The notes under the pieces are model-generated. The model was not told the DNA's origin and made no database searches. It saw only the letters and a list, made by a program, of their open reading frames with translations. From contig MHRQ01000012.1 in NCBI GenBank assembly GCA_001821015.1, positions 3,459 to 38,428 of the forward strand: a stretch of DNA of 34,970 nucleotides, in the 5' to 3' direction. Position numbers and translations under genes: made by a program. Source of the stretch: Candidatus Taylorbacteria bacterium RIFCSPHIGHO2_02_FULL_46_13. Its GTDB lineage: Bacteria; Patescibacteriota; Minisyncoccia; Phycocordibacterales; DSPV01. Shown piece after piece: positions 16,761 to 26,628 of the stretch. Within the stretch, counting starts at the first letter, position 1. Every line of letters starts with the position of its first letter.

Positions 16761-16885
16761 AGGATATTAAACCCCAGGGCAGAGCCCTAGACTCGTAAGG
16801 TACTCGCCCGAAGAGGGTTCGCCCTTACCCGCGCCTCTGGCGCGGGGTATTAAACCCTTTGTTGCCGTCGCTCGTTGGCAATAAA
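16759..16885 (-). repeat. Intergenic hairpin repeat, copy 4: central hairpin deleted, interrupted by a 73-nt GC-rich insert
   Basis: AAAGGATATTAAACCC (16759-16774), then the insert (16775-16847), then TATTAAACCCTTTGTTGCCGTCGCTCGTTGGCAATAAA (16848-16885). TATTAAACCC is present on both sides of the insert. Confidence 0.8.
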
Positions 16886-17022
16886 AACGCTCCGGATTTA
16901 CCAGCCCTAATTTTTTTTGTGGAACCTAAGCCTAAAGTGCCTGTGGGTAATTTTGTGTATATGCTCGGACTTGACATGTTATCATTAGACCATTATTTAC
17001 CTAGGTTAATATTTTTTATACT

Positions 17023-17901
17023 ATGCAAGAACGAAATACGCGTTGGACCGTTGTGGGAATTATCGTTATTATCGCCGTGGCGGGTATTTATCTGATGTAT
17101 GGCTCCAGTTCACAGCCGCTTGATTCGTCTGGGCAATCAGCGACTTCAACAGATTTCGTCGCCAATAAACCACCTACCCGTCCTGTCGTGGAGAATTCAA
17201 ATGCCGATACAGGCGTGAGCACGATTATTTCTTCGGAGACTTTCACGTTACGCAATAATATTCAATATACACTGGAGACTTTCAACGTTCGAGACGCCGC
17301 AGGAACTATAGTGGGTGCCGACCAGCGTCTGGTGAGTTCGGTGGCTGGGAAGCGTGTAATGGTTATTTCCAACATCAAACAGGCGGTGCCCGATCTTGGT
17401 AAGATGATTTTGAAAAAATTTACGGTTCGGCAAGACCCTGAACTTATCGTCTTTGTTTCTGTCTCTGCAAACGCGGATGCATCATACGGCGCATTGTATG
17501 AATTTGATTTTCCGACAAAAAAGTTTAGCAAAATGGCCGCGAGCCGTTTTCTGCCCTTCGTCTTAAGTGTTGAGGAGAATCCGACGCTCTTCTCACCTGA
17601 TCGAACGAAATTTCTGAGCATCATAGACCGCACCTTCGCATCGCAGAAAGAGACGAAGTATCTCTACGTGGTGGACCTTGCGACCGATCAGGCCCGCTCC
17701 ATTGCTGATGTGGGAACATCGGAAAGTTTTACGCAGACAATAGGGGCGGGTGATTTCCCGGTAGGGTTTTACCAATGGGGCCCTCCTACCACTATTACCT
17801 ATAGTGTGTTTGATTCAAACAGCCCGCTTGATTTATCCGGAAAATCTTCTCGTGTACCGGTGCAGGTTCGGGTGTTACAACTAAATCCCGACCAGAAGTA
17901 G
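17023..17901 (+). CDS. N-terminally anchored hypothetical protein
   Basis: 292-aa ORF with one N-terminal TM helix. The remainder is predicted extracytoplasmic and beta-rich. Confidence 0.7.
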   Translation: MQERNTRWTVVGIIVIIAVAGIYLMYGSSSQPLDSSGQSATSTDFVANKPPTRPVVENSNADTGVSTIISSETFTLRNNIQYTLETFNVRDAAGTIVGADQRLVSSVAGKRVMVISNIKQAVPDLGKMILKKFTVRQDPELIVFVSVSANADASYGALYEFDFPTKKFSKMAASRFLPFVLSVEENPTLFSPDRTKFLSIIDRTFASQKETKYLYVVDLATDQARSIADVGTSESFTQTIGAGDFPVGFYQWGPPTTITYSVFDSNSPLDLSGKSSRVPVQVRVLQLNPDQK

Positions 17902-17921
17902 ACTCTAACGCTCCTAGCTCT

Positions 17922-18221
17922 ATGAAAGTATTTGCCGTTATTCTTATCGCCGCTGGCATTGTTTGGTATTTTGGATTCTACTCAAAAGACGCACTATTCC
18001 ACGATTATTCCGTGGACAGCGGTTCATTTCTGGGTAGGAAAAGTTGCCCCAATCTTGTGCCTCATAATCAATATCCTGCAGGTTCGGACCAGTCCCTCGG
18101 TTTCCAATGGGCAGTTACAAACCCATCTTCTTCATGTCCGGCTGAAGTTACCTCATTTGCAGAAGGCTGCCAGGAATTCTTCAAACAACGCCAAGCGTAC
18201 CAAGATTGTGCTAGTCCTTAA
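17922..18221 (+). CDS. Small N-terminally anchored protein with four Cys
   Basis: 99-aa ORF, preferred to the overlapping frame at 17932-18225 because it has a clean TM anchor. Confidence 0.55.
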   Translation: MKVFAVILIAAGIVWYFGFYSKDALFHDYSVDSGSFLGRKSCPNLVPHNQYPAGSDQSLGFQWAVTNPSSSCPAEVTSFAEGCQEFFKQRQAYQDCASP

Positions 18222-18228
18222 TTAACGT

Positions 18229-18900
18229 ATGACCGATTCGTCCCACACGCAAAAAATAATCTTTGCAATCATCATTGTCCTCGTGGTACTTGTTGTCGGG
18301 ATCATTATATTTTGGCGCTCGCCGGAGACGCTCTACACGAAAGAAAATGGACAGCCCGCAAATCCGGCAGGCACGATAGACATTTCTCCTTCTGCACTCG
18401 CAACGTATTCAAGTGGTCGTTTCGGATTCTCTTTTGCGTATCCAGAGACACTTGTTGTAGGAAAGTCAGAAGAAAATACGATAGGGTGGCGTTCCGATGC
18501 CGTCACCTCCACAGGTACAATTGCAACAAAAATTGTAATTCCGAAGTCTTTCCAGCCGCAGACGAATTTTGGTGAGGCTACGTTTTTGGTTGGTTTCTCG
18601 GCAGAACCAGATGCGATCACCGATTGTTTCAAGGAAGACTTTACGGACGTAGAGGTTGCTTCAATGAATGTTGGTGGGATACCATTTCGTCGTTTCCATT
18701 ATATAGATGCTGCTGCAGGCAATCGCTACGACATCACCAGTTATCGCACAGTGTATAGCGATCGGTGTTATGCGGTTGAGACCGTCATTCATTATGCAAA
18801 CATTGAAAACTATTCACCTGATCAAAACATCAGTGAGTTCAATCAGGCACAAGTCCAAAAGGTTTTGGATACAATGGTAACCTCTTTCAGGTTTAGGTAG
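18229..18900 (+). CDS. N-terminally anchored hypothetical protein
   Basis: 223-aa ORF with an N-terminal TM helix. Confidence 0.7.
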   Translation: MTDSSHTQKIIFAIIIVLVVLVVGIIIFWRSPETLYTKENGQPANPAGTIDISPSALATYSSGRFGFSFAYPETLVVGKSEENTIGWRSDAVTSTGTIATKIVIPKSFQPQTNFGEATFLVGFSAEPDAITDCFKEDFTDVEVASMNVGGIPFRRFHYIDAAAGNRYDITSYRTVYSDRCYAVETVIHYANIENYSPDQNISEFNQAQVQKVLDTMVTSFRFR

Positions 18901-18931
18901 TTTAAAAAGGATTATTAATTAACATACCATT

Positions 18932-19345
18932 ATGAGTTTCGCTTTAAATTATTGGGCGGTGCTTGTCGCGGGCGTGGCGAGCATGGTCATCGGTTCTTTT
19001 TGGTACGGGCCACTGTTTGGAAAGATCTGGGTTCCTCTGATGGGATTTAGCCAGGAGCAGATGAAAGCGGCGCAGGCAAAGGGAATGGCGAAGTCGTACG
19101 CGCTGGCTCTTGTCGGTGGGCTCGTTACTGCGGCTGTGATTGCAATTTTGGTGAGCAAGCTTGGTATCACGGACGTGCAAGGGGCAGGCAAGTTGGTGTT
19201 TACGCTTTGGGTTGGTTTTATTGCTACCACACTCCTCTCAACAGTTCTCTGGGAGAACCGCCCGTGGAAGCTCTATTTCATCAACATCTTCTACTACCTC
19301 GTACTCTTCTTTGTGCAGGCGGTAATTCTGACGTATTGGGTCTAG
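18932..19345 (+). CDS. DUF1761-like membrane protein
   Basis: NYWAVLVAGVASMVIGSFWYGPLFGKIW..LMG is typical of the DUF1761 N-terminus. Four TM helices. Confidence 0.7.
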   Translation: MSFALNYWAVLVAGVASMVIGSFWYGPLFGKIWVPLMGFSQEQMKAAQAKGMAKSYALALVGGLVTAAVIAILVSKLGITDVQGAGKLVFTLWVGFIATTLLSTVLWENRPWKLYFINIFYYLVLFFVQAVILTYWV

Positions 19346-19513
19346 GTGAACGTAAATCTATAAAAAAGCAAAAAACCCTTATAAATAATGGTTTTTTGTT
19401 ATATAAGGGAGGATGTGATTGGCGTATTGAAATTTTAATGCGCCAGCACTACTTTCCAGTAGTTTTTCAGTTCTCTATAAGTTCAACAATCAAAAAAATG
19501 AAAGGGGGTAGTT

Positions 19514-19798
19514 ATGACAGAGTTGCTTAACTTTGAGGGTCAATTATTAGAAGACTTGACTCCAGTTGTCAGTCGTTTGGTCTCACAAGAACGTGCTAAA
19601 GGTGCCCGTCTCTTTCTAGACGAGAGTGGAACCTCCATTGTCATCAAGGCGGGTTCAAAAAAAGAAAGTTCTCTTTTGTCTCGTTCTATCAAATCTCGTG
19701 GCATGGGAGTTGCTGAGGATCATTTCGCTCATGCCGATGGTGCTCCAAGTGATGGCTTGGCATGGAGATATGCAGATGATTCTGGAGTGGTTGCCTAA
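19514..19798 (+). CDS. Hypothetical protein
   Basis: 94-aa ORF with a strong SD (AAAGGGGG) 5 nt upstream of the ATG. Confidence 0.55.
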   Translation: MTELLNFEGQLLEDLTPVVSRLVSQERAKGARLFLDESGTSIVIKAGSKKESSLLSRSIKSRGMGVAEDHFAHADGAPSDGLAWRYADDSGVVA

Positions 19799-19842
19799 AA
19801 GACACGACGACTACCGCTCGCGAGAGAAATTGTCGATGGGTT

Positions 19843-19873
19843 AGGGCCGCAATGATTCACTGTGGCCCTTTTT
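19843..19873 (+). terminator. Rho-independent terminator
   Basis: Stem AGGGCCGCA / TGTGGCCCT, 9-nt loop, then TTTT. Confidence 0.6.
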
Positions 19874-19965
19874 AGTTGTGTCTTAGTTTAAAGCAGAGAT
19901 TTTTGCACATACATTAACTCTCCGCTATAGCGTAAAGTTAGTGTATGTGGGGGGGGGGCAGTCTA

Positions 19966-21102
19966 CTAGCCAAACGTGAAGGTATACGCATCTAAGCCGG
20001 GGGATTCAATCTGAAGTTCAAGCGTGTGTTGGCCCCACGCAGAATCTTCTACGAGGCGATAGAGACGGTTTTCTTGGATGGTCACATAGCCGTTTGCGTC
20101 CACATCTTTGCCGCGCATATTGGCGGGGAGCACTTCACCATCAAGCATCACTTTTGCGCGTAACGGTTTGTCAGCACTTGCAACAATAAATACTTTTTGT
20201 GCAGAATAGGGAAGAAGGATGCGCGCCTCGGCAGTTGAATTCGTGCTGTATTCTCTGGTTATATTCCACGTGCCTCCAAGATACAACAAATTAGGTAGAG
20301 GATTTGTCGGGATTGTAAGTGTCTGTGGTCCCTCAGTTGATTGTTTACCGTTTGCAAAGGATTCATTACGGAAAGCGCCAAAATAAATTTCAGCCGTGCG
20401 AGGTTTTGAAGCATCCACTTCCTCTCCTCTGACGGTTATTTGATCACGTGCGGTGGGCACTGTTTCTCCCAAGCGCTTAGCGCGCTCGGCTAAAAGCTCC
20501 TGAATTTTCTTTTCGGTCTGGTCGTACGCGCCTTCACCGATATGATCATCCACAATAAAGCCGTCTATGTCTATAAGAAAATGATGCGGCCAGTAGCGAT
20601 TGTTGTACGCGTGCCACGTGCCATAGTCGTTGTCTTGAACGACTGGATAGGTAACACCATATTCTTGTGTAGCTTTGACGACATTGTCCTTTACTTTTTC
20701 AAATTCAAATTCAGGTGTATGAATGCCGACAATTTCAAATCCCATATTTTTGTATTTTGCATACCAGCTGGTCAGGTAGGGAAGTGTTCGCAGGCAGTTG
20801 ATGCAGGAGTATGTCCAGAAATCAACCATTATCACTTTTTTACCTACGAGAGACCTGATCGTTATAGGCATATCATTGGTATTCACAAAACCTGAAGGAT
20901 TCGCAATTTCTATATATTTTTTGTATTTAAGAGCTTTCATGGCGATTTCGGATGCCGTTGCTGGGCTGATATTTTCCTCCTGTGGAGTAGGTGCGGTATT
21001 TACTCCAGTCGGACGGACCTTGCCTGATTCAAGAAAGACAATGGCGCCGATAATGCCGCCAATTACCAGGACCAACAGAATGTTGCGTGCAAGGCTTGTC
21101 AT
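19966..21102 (-). CDS. Anchored thioredoxin-like oxidoreductase with a DipZ-type C-terminal domain
   Basis: VDFWTYSCINCLRTLPYL (CxxC) and IVGIHTPEFEFEK resemble the thioredoxin part of DipZ. An extra ~170-aa C-terminal domain follows. Confidence 0.85.
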   Translation of the reverse strand: MTSLARNILLVLVIGGIIGAIVFLESGKVRPTGVNTAPTPQEENISPATASEIAMKALKYKKYIEIANPSGFVNTNDMPITIRSLVGKKVIMVDFWTYSCINCLRTLPYLTSWYAKYKNMGFEIVGIHTPEFEFEKVKDNVVKATQEYGVTYPVVQDNDYGTWHAYNNRYWPHHFLIDIDGFIVDDHIGEGAYDQTEKKIQELLAERAKRLGETVPTARDQITVRGEEVDASKPRTAEIYFGAFRNESFANGKQSTEGPQTLTIPTNPLPNLLYLGGTWNITREYSTNSTAEARILLPYSAQKVFIVASADKPLRAKVMLDGEVLPANMRGKDVDANGYVTIQENRLYRLVEDSAWGQHTLELQIESPGLDAYTFTFG

Positions 21103-21812
21103 TAGCGTGAAAGAAGAAGGCTATTCAGTAAGCTAAAACTTGCAATGCGTGCGAGGTCTCCGGTAAAAACAAGAATACCGATTACAATCAGAAGAATACC
21201 AAACACAATATTGATGTATTTCACGATGGGTGCAAAACGGTTAAGAAAATTAGATGCTTCGCCCGCAAAGATCCCCACGATAAGAAATGGAATACCGAGG
21301 CCGAGTGCATACGTCAGGAGCAAGGTAAAGGCAGAGCCGGGTTGCGTTGCTGCAAGGCCAAGTATTGCGCCCAGTGCCGCTCCGACGCAGGGTGTCCAGC
21401 CGGCCGCGAATGCTGTGCCAAAGACGAATGACGTGACGTGTCGCGAGGAGAATTTTTTCATCACGCGAAATTTATGGTCGCGCTCAAGGAAGGATACATG
21501 GATGAGCCCAGTCACATAGAGACCGAAGAAAATGATAATTGCGCCACCGACACGTGAGGCCCACATTTGCACGCTGTATGCAACATTCGCTAGGGAAGTG
21601 TTAAGGAGGACCCCCAGTAGTGCAAAGACTACTGAAAAGCCGAGTACAAAAAACAGTGCACTTAAAAACGTATCTTTCCGTTTGACCGGTGCGCCTCCGG
21701 CAGAAGATCCTGCAAGGTAAGCAAGAAATCCCGGAATAATGGGAAGTACGCAAGGAGAAAGAAACGATACAAGTCCTGCGATAAAGGCGACTGTGATTGA
21801 GAGTCCATTCAT
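21102..21812 (-). CDS. ccdA: Cytochrome c biogenesis-type thiol-disulfide transporter CcdA
   Basis: LSPCVLPIIPGFLAY and GWTPCVGAALGAIL motifs, six TM helices. TAATG overlap with the downstream thioredoxin-like gene. Confidence 0.9.
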   Translation of the reverse strand: MNGLSITVAFIAGLVSFLSPCVLPIIPGFLAYLAGSSAGGAPVKRKDTFLSALFFVLGFSVVFALLGVLLNTSLANVAYSVQMWASRVGGAIIIFFGLYVTGLIHVSFLERDHKFRVMKKFSSRHVTSFVFGTAFAAGWTPCVGAALGAILGLAATQPGSAFTLLLTYALGLGIPFLIVGIFAGEASNFLNRFAPIVKYINIVFGILLIVIGILVFTGDLARIASFSLLNSLLLSR

Positions 21813-21841
21813 AGATTGCTCTATAGTATACTATAGCTAAT

Positions 21842-22399
21842 ATGCAGTCCGAAAATTCTAAATTAGAAACAGCAGTATTTGGTGGGGGATGTTTTTGGTG
21901 TACTGAGGCGGTTTTTCAAATGCTCAAGGGGGTGGCATCAGTTATGCCAGGATATGCCGGTGGAACAAAGGAAAGCCCGACTTATGAGGAAGTATCTGGT
22001 GGGGCAACGGGGTACATAGAAGTGATAGAAATAAAGTATGATCCCACAGTCATTTCATTTGATGATTTGCTCGCAGTCTTTTTCAACCTCCATGATCCGA
22101 CTACTCTCAATCAGCAGGGAAATGATGTTGGCACACAATATCGCTCCGCTATTTTTTACACAACAGAGGCACAGAAACACTCTGCAGAGAAATTGATAAA
22201 AGAATTATCTGACGGGAAAGCATATGACAAGCCAATTGTTACGGAAGTGAAGCCCTTAGAGGCCTTTTATAAAGCGGAGGCGTATCACAAGGATTATTAC
22301 AAGCGCAATTCCGATGCCCCCTACTGCGAAATCGTTATTGCCCCGAAACTTGAGAAATTACAACGGAAATTTAGTGAGTTGTTGAATGAATCAAAATAG
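21842..22399 (+). CDS. msrA: Peptide methionine-S-sulfoxide reductase
   Basis: GGGCFWCTEAVF active-site motif and YHKDYY. Confidence 0.95.
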   Translation: MQSENSKLETAVFGGGCFWCTEAVFQMLKGVASVMPGYAGGTKESPTYEEVSGGATGYIEVIEIKYDPTVISFDDLLAVFFNLHDPTTLNQQGNDVGTQYRSAIFYTTEAQKHSAEKLIKELSDGKAYDKPIVTEVKPLEAFYKAEAYHKDYYKRNSDAPYCEIVIAPKLEKLQRKFSELLNESK

Positions 22400-22408
22400 A
22401 GGTCACGT

Positions 22409-22437
22409 TTGAAGTCAAATTGCCACTGGTTTATAAT
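22409..22437 (+). promoter_or_regulatory. Candidate promoter of the cupredoxin-like gene
   Basis: TTGAAG (22409-22414), 17-nt spacer, TATAAT (22432-22437). Confidence 0.45.
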
Positions 22438-22464
22438 AATGGCTTAACACTTAAAACTCATTTT

Positions 22465-22947
22465 ATGTCAAAAAATGCAATCGTTACTATTGTTGTCTTG
22501 ATTGTCCTCGTTATGTTTGGTTGGTTTTTGTTCTCTGGCAAACAAGCCGTTGCCCCTGTAGAAACAAACCAGGAGGTGGTGACAACACCTATGCCTGCCT
22601 CAAGTTCTACACCGGCGACATCGGAAATGATAAAGACGGAAATGATCACTTATACTGACGATGGATTCTCTCCATCGTTGGTAACCATAAAAGTTGGTGA
22701 TACGGTTGAATTTAAGAACGCAAGCTCGGTTGATTTCTGGCCAGCTTCTGCTATGCATCCTACACACACCGTCTATCCTGGTTCAGATATAAAGAAGTGT
22801 GACACATCAGCTGAGGCGGGGATCTTTGACGCGTGCAAGAACTATGCCCCCGGGGCTTCATGGTCATTTACGTTTACTAATAAAGGAACGTGGGCCTATC
22901 ACAATCACCTCAACTCCCGACAGTTTGGAAAGATTACCGTAGAATAG
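22465..22947 (+). CDS. Anchored cupredoxin-like protein
   Basis: Start set at MSKNAIV (ATG 22465). TIKVGDTVEFKN...WPASAMHPTH...WAYHNHL resembles a plastocyanin/EfeO-type cupredoxin fold. Confidence 0.65.
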   Translation: MSKNAIVTIVVLIVLVMFGWFLFSGKQAVAPVETNQEVVTTPMPASSSTPATSEMIKTEMITYTDDGFSPSLVTIKVGDTVEFKNASSVDFWPASAMHPTHTVYPGSDIKKCDTSAEAGIFDACKNYAPGASWSFTFTNKGTWAYHNHLNSRQFGKITVE

Positions 22948-22955
22948 AAACGACC

Positions 22956-23336
22956 GTGAATGAACGCACCCATTTGGTCTCGTTTCTCTTGCGCGTTGGT
23001 ATCGCGGTCGTATTTCTCTATGCCGCGATCGCTTCTTTCCTTGAACCAACGTCTTGGATCGGATATCTTCCCGGCTTCATGAGTGCGCAGAAAGTTGTCC
23101 CGGTTACCACCATTCTCTCGGCATTCTCGTTGTATCAACTTCTGCTCGCTGGCTGGGTCCTCTCAGGAAAAAAGACATTGTGGGCGGGACTCCTTGCCGC
23201 CGCGACCTTAGGCGCCATTATTATCACTAACATCAATCAACTAGACATCGTATTTCGCGATGTAGCTATCTTCTTTGCGGCGCTTGCGCTTTGCGCTCTT
23301 CACTATAAAGGTGATTTGCCTGCAAGAACCTTATAG
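22956..23336 (+). CDS. Four-TM membrane protein, DoxX-like
   Basis: GTG start at 22956, after the previous stop. LRVGIAVVFLYAAIASF resembles DoxX-type proteins. This is a weak call. Confidence 0.5.
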   Translation: MNERTHLVSFLLRVGIAVVFLYAAIASFLEPTSWIGYLPGFMSAQKVVPVTTILSAFSLYQLLLAGWVLSGKKTLWAGLLAAATLGAIIITNINQLDIVFRDVAIFFAALALCALHYKGDLPARTL

Positions 23337-23348
23337 GGTTTTTCTCAG

Positions 23349-23759
23349 ATGAGTTTCCTCGCCACATTTTTGGCCCTGTCCGTGCTTGGCAGCGTTAATG
23401 CGGGCTACATACTGGTCAAGCACCACCGAGAAGAACAGCTGGTCTGCCCCATCAATCATGATTGCACTATAGTAACCAAAAGTCGTTGGGCAGATATGCT
23501 TGGCATCCGCAATGAAGCACTCGGCGTCATTTTTTTCGGCCTTCTTTTTATTGCGACTCTGCTACTTCTGTATTATCCACCGTGGGCTCTGCTTATAAGC
23601 AAACTCCTCTTTGTTACGGCTCTCGTTGGTTTCCTGTATTCTCTGTTCCTGCTCTATCTTCAGGCCTTTGTAATAAAAAACTTCTGCTTGTATTGCATTG
23701 CGTCAGCATTTATTGCAACTCTGCTTTTCATTAACAGCTTTGCACTTCTAACGGGATGA
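23349..23759 (+). CDS. Vitamin K epoxide reductase (VKOR) family protein
   Basis: Loop cysteines CPINHDC and the membrane CxxC (CLYC), four TM helices. Confidence 0.85.
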   Translation: MSFLATFLALSVLGSVNAGYILVKHHREEQLVCPINHDCTIVTKSRWADMLGIRNEALGVIFFGLLFIATLLLLYYPPWALLISKLLFVTALVGFLYSLFLLYLQAFVIKNFCLYCIASAFIATLLFINSFALLTG

Positions 23760-24088
23760 GTAAATTATCTAGCGAGCGTTGTATTCCCTGTGAGCGTGGT
23801 ACGCCACCGCTGACAGAAGCAGAAGTGACGCGGTACCTTAGTGAACTTAAGGGAGGATGGAAACTGGTAGATAACAAACTCTCCAAAGAGTTTACCTTCA
23901 GAGATTTTCGCGAGGCTATTAACTTTGTAAATCGTGTGGCGGATACAGCAGAGGCCGAATGGCATCACCCCGATATCTATATTTATTTTAATAAAGTAAA
24001 GATTGAGCTCTATACGCACTCAATCAATGGTCTTTCAAAAAATGATTTTGTGTTGGCGACAAAGATAGAAGAATTGTCGGTCTCATAA
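23756..24088 (+). CDS. Pterin-4-alpha-carbinolamine dehydratase
   Basis: W.........L.KEFTF.DF.EAI.FVNRVA..AE...HHPDI.....V.I.L.TH. ATGA overlap with the VKOR gene. Confidence 0.9.
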   Translation: MSKLSSERCIPCERGTPPLTEAEVTRYLSELKGGWKLVDNKLSKEFTFRDFREAINFVNRVADTAEAEWHHPDIYIYFNKVKIELYTHSINGLSKNDFVLATKIEELSVS

Positions 24089-24111
24089 AGGATTCAGTAA
24101 GTGAAAAAAAG

Positions 24112-24140
24112 AAAAGCCGTCTGATAATCAGGCGGCTTTT
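24112..24140. terminator. Bidirectional terminator
   Basis: AAAAGCCGTCTGA-TAA-TCAGGCGGCTTTT, with an A-run and a T-run on either side, between convergent genes. Confidence 0.7.
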
Positions 24141-24403
24141 GCGCTTTCTATTCCGTTTTGAGGCGGTTCTAGGCTGTCGGCTGGGAGTTCGTTAAAGAAC
24201 GCGGACTCGTACTCAAAGTGTTGTTTGCCTTTGAATCGGAGCACGTATCCTCCTTCACGTAGCGCCACGCACCTTGTGATAATCAACAGTGTGCCTTCTG
24301 TGATGAGACCTTTCGTGTCGTTGACACTTCTACTTCCACGGCGATAGATCGGTGTGAATTTCGGCACAACTATTGCGCCTACTTCAAATGATGGCTGTGA
24401 CAT
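24128..24403 (-). CDS. Hypothetical 91-aa protein
   Basis: Start set at MSQPSFEV (24403) with GAAAGG upstream. Own promoter on the minus strand: TTGACG (24451-24446), 16-nt spacer, TAAGAT (24429-24424). The longer ORF form overlaps atpC. Confidence 0.55.
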   Translation of the reverse strand: MSQPSFEVGAIVVPKFTPIYRRGSRSVNDTKGLITEGTLLIITRCVALREGGYVLRFKGKQHFEYESAFFNELPADSLEPPQNGIESAKAA

Positions 24404-24458
24404 AGTATGCCTTTCTAGTCCACATCTTACGCAGAGTTTCCACGACGTCAACCCGCTT

Positions 24459-24492
24459 ACGCTAACAAAATGCGGCCGCATTTTATTAGCGT
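24459..24492. terminator. 34-nt palindrome downstream of atpC (probable end of the atp transcript)
   Basis: ACGCTAACAAAATGCGGCCGCATTTTATTAGCGT. There is one G-U position and no long U tract. Confidence 0.5.
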
Positions 24493-24530
24493 ATGCAGGT
24501 AATTGAAAAGAAGCTGAATTTGTAGCGTGC

Positions 24531-24764
24531 TTAATCTGCAAGCACGATAAGACGTGCGCCATCGGTGTACGCAAAACCTCCTTCAATTTCAAAATTTTTC
24601 TTTTCTTCTCCATCTCCTACAGCCACTACTCCTTTACGAAGTGCGGTAACCAGCGGCTCGTGGTGGGGAAGTACGCCAATCTCACCATCTTGGGATGGCA
24701 AAATCACGGAGTTGGTTTCTCCTTCAAACAGAGTTTTATCTAGAGAATAAATGTACAAATGCAT
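24531..24764 (-). CDS. atpC: F1 ATP synthase epsilon subunit, N-terminal beta-sandwich only
   Basis: 77 aa. LPSQDGEIGVLPHHEPLVTAL..G......GGFAYTDG.RLIVLAD. It ends where the C-terminal helical hairpin would begin. Confidence 0.85.
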   Translation of the reverse strand: MHLYIYSLDKTLFEGETNSVILPSQDGEIGVLPHHEPLVTALRKGVVAVGDGEEKKNFEIEGGFAYTDGARLIVLAD

Positions 24765-24780
24765 AGCAGCGAAAAATTAA

Positions 24781-26624
<1,844 letters not shown>

Positions 26625-26628
26625 GGAT

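Noticed and set aside
16775-16847. 73-nt GC-rich segment considered as a tRNA
   Set aside because: The length is right and it contains GGTTCG. However, the 5' and 3' ends do not form an acceptor stem on either strand, and no D-arm, anticodon or T-arm cloverleaf can be drawn.
3845-16885. The four ~88-nt repeats considered as a CRISPR array
   Set aside because: Spacing is irregular (0.4, 5.8 and 6.5 kb) and orientations are mixed. The repeats are much longer than CRISPR repeats, genes lie between them, and no cas genes are present.
19207-19530. 107-aa ORF spanning the end of the DUF1761 gene and the following intergenic region
   Set aside because: It overlaps the DUF1761 gene in another frame and crosses an A/T-rich spacer with hairpins. 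The downstream 94-aa ORF with a strong SD explains the region better.
24404-24613. Long form (161 aa) of the ORF downstream of atpC
   Set aside because: The first 70 codons overlap atpC and cross the 34-nt palindrome and a promoter. An internal ATG at 24403 with an SD gives a compact 91-aa ORF.
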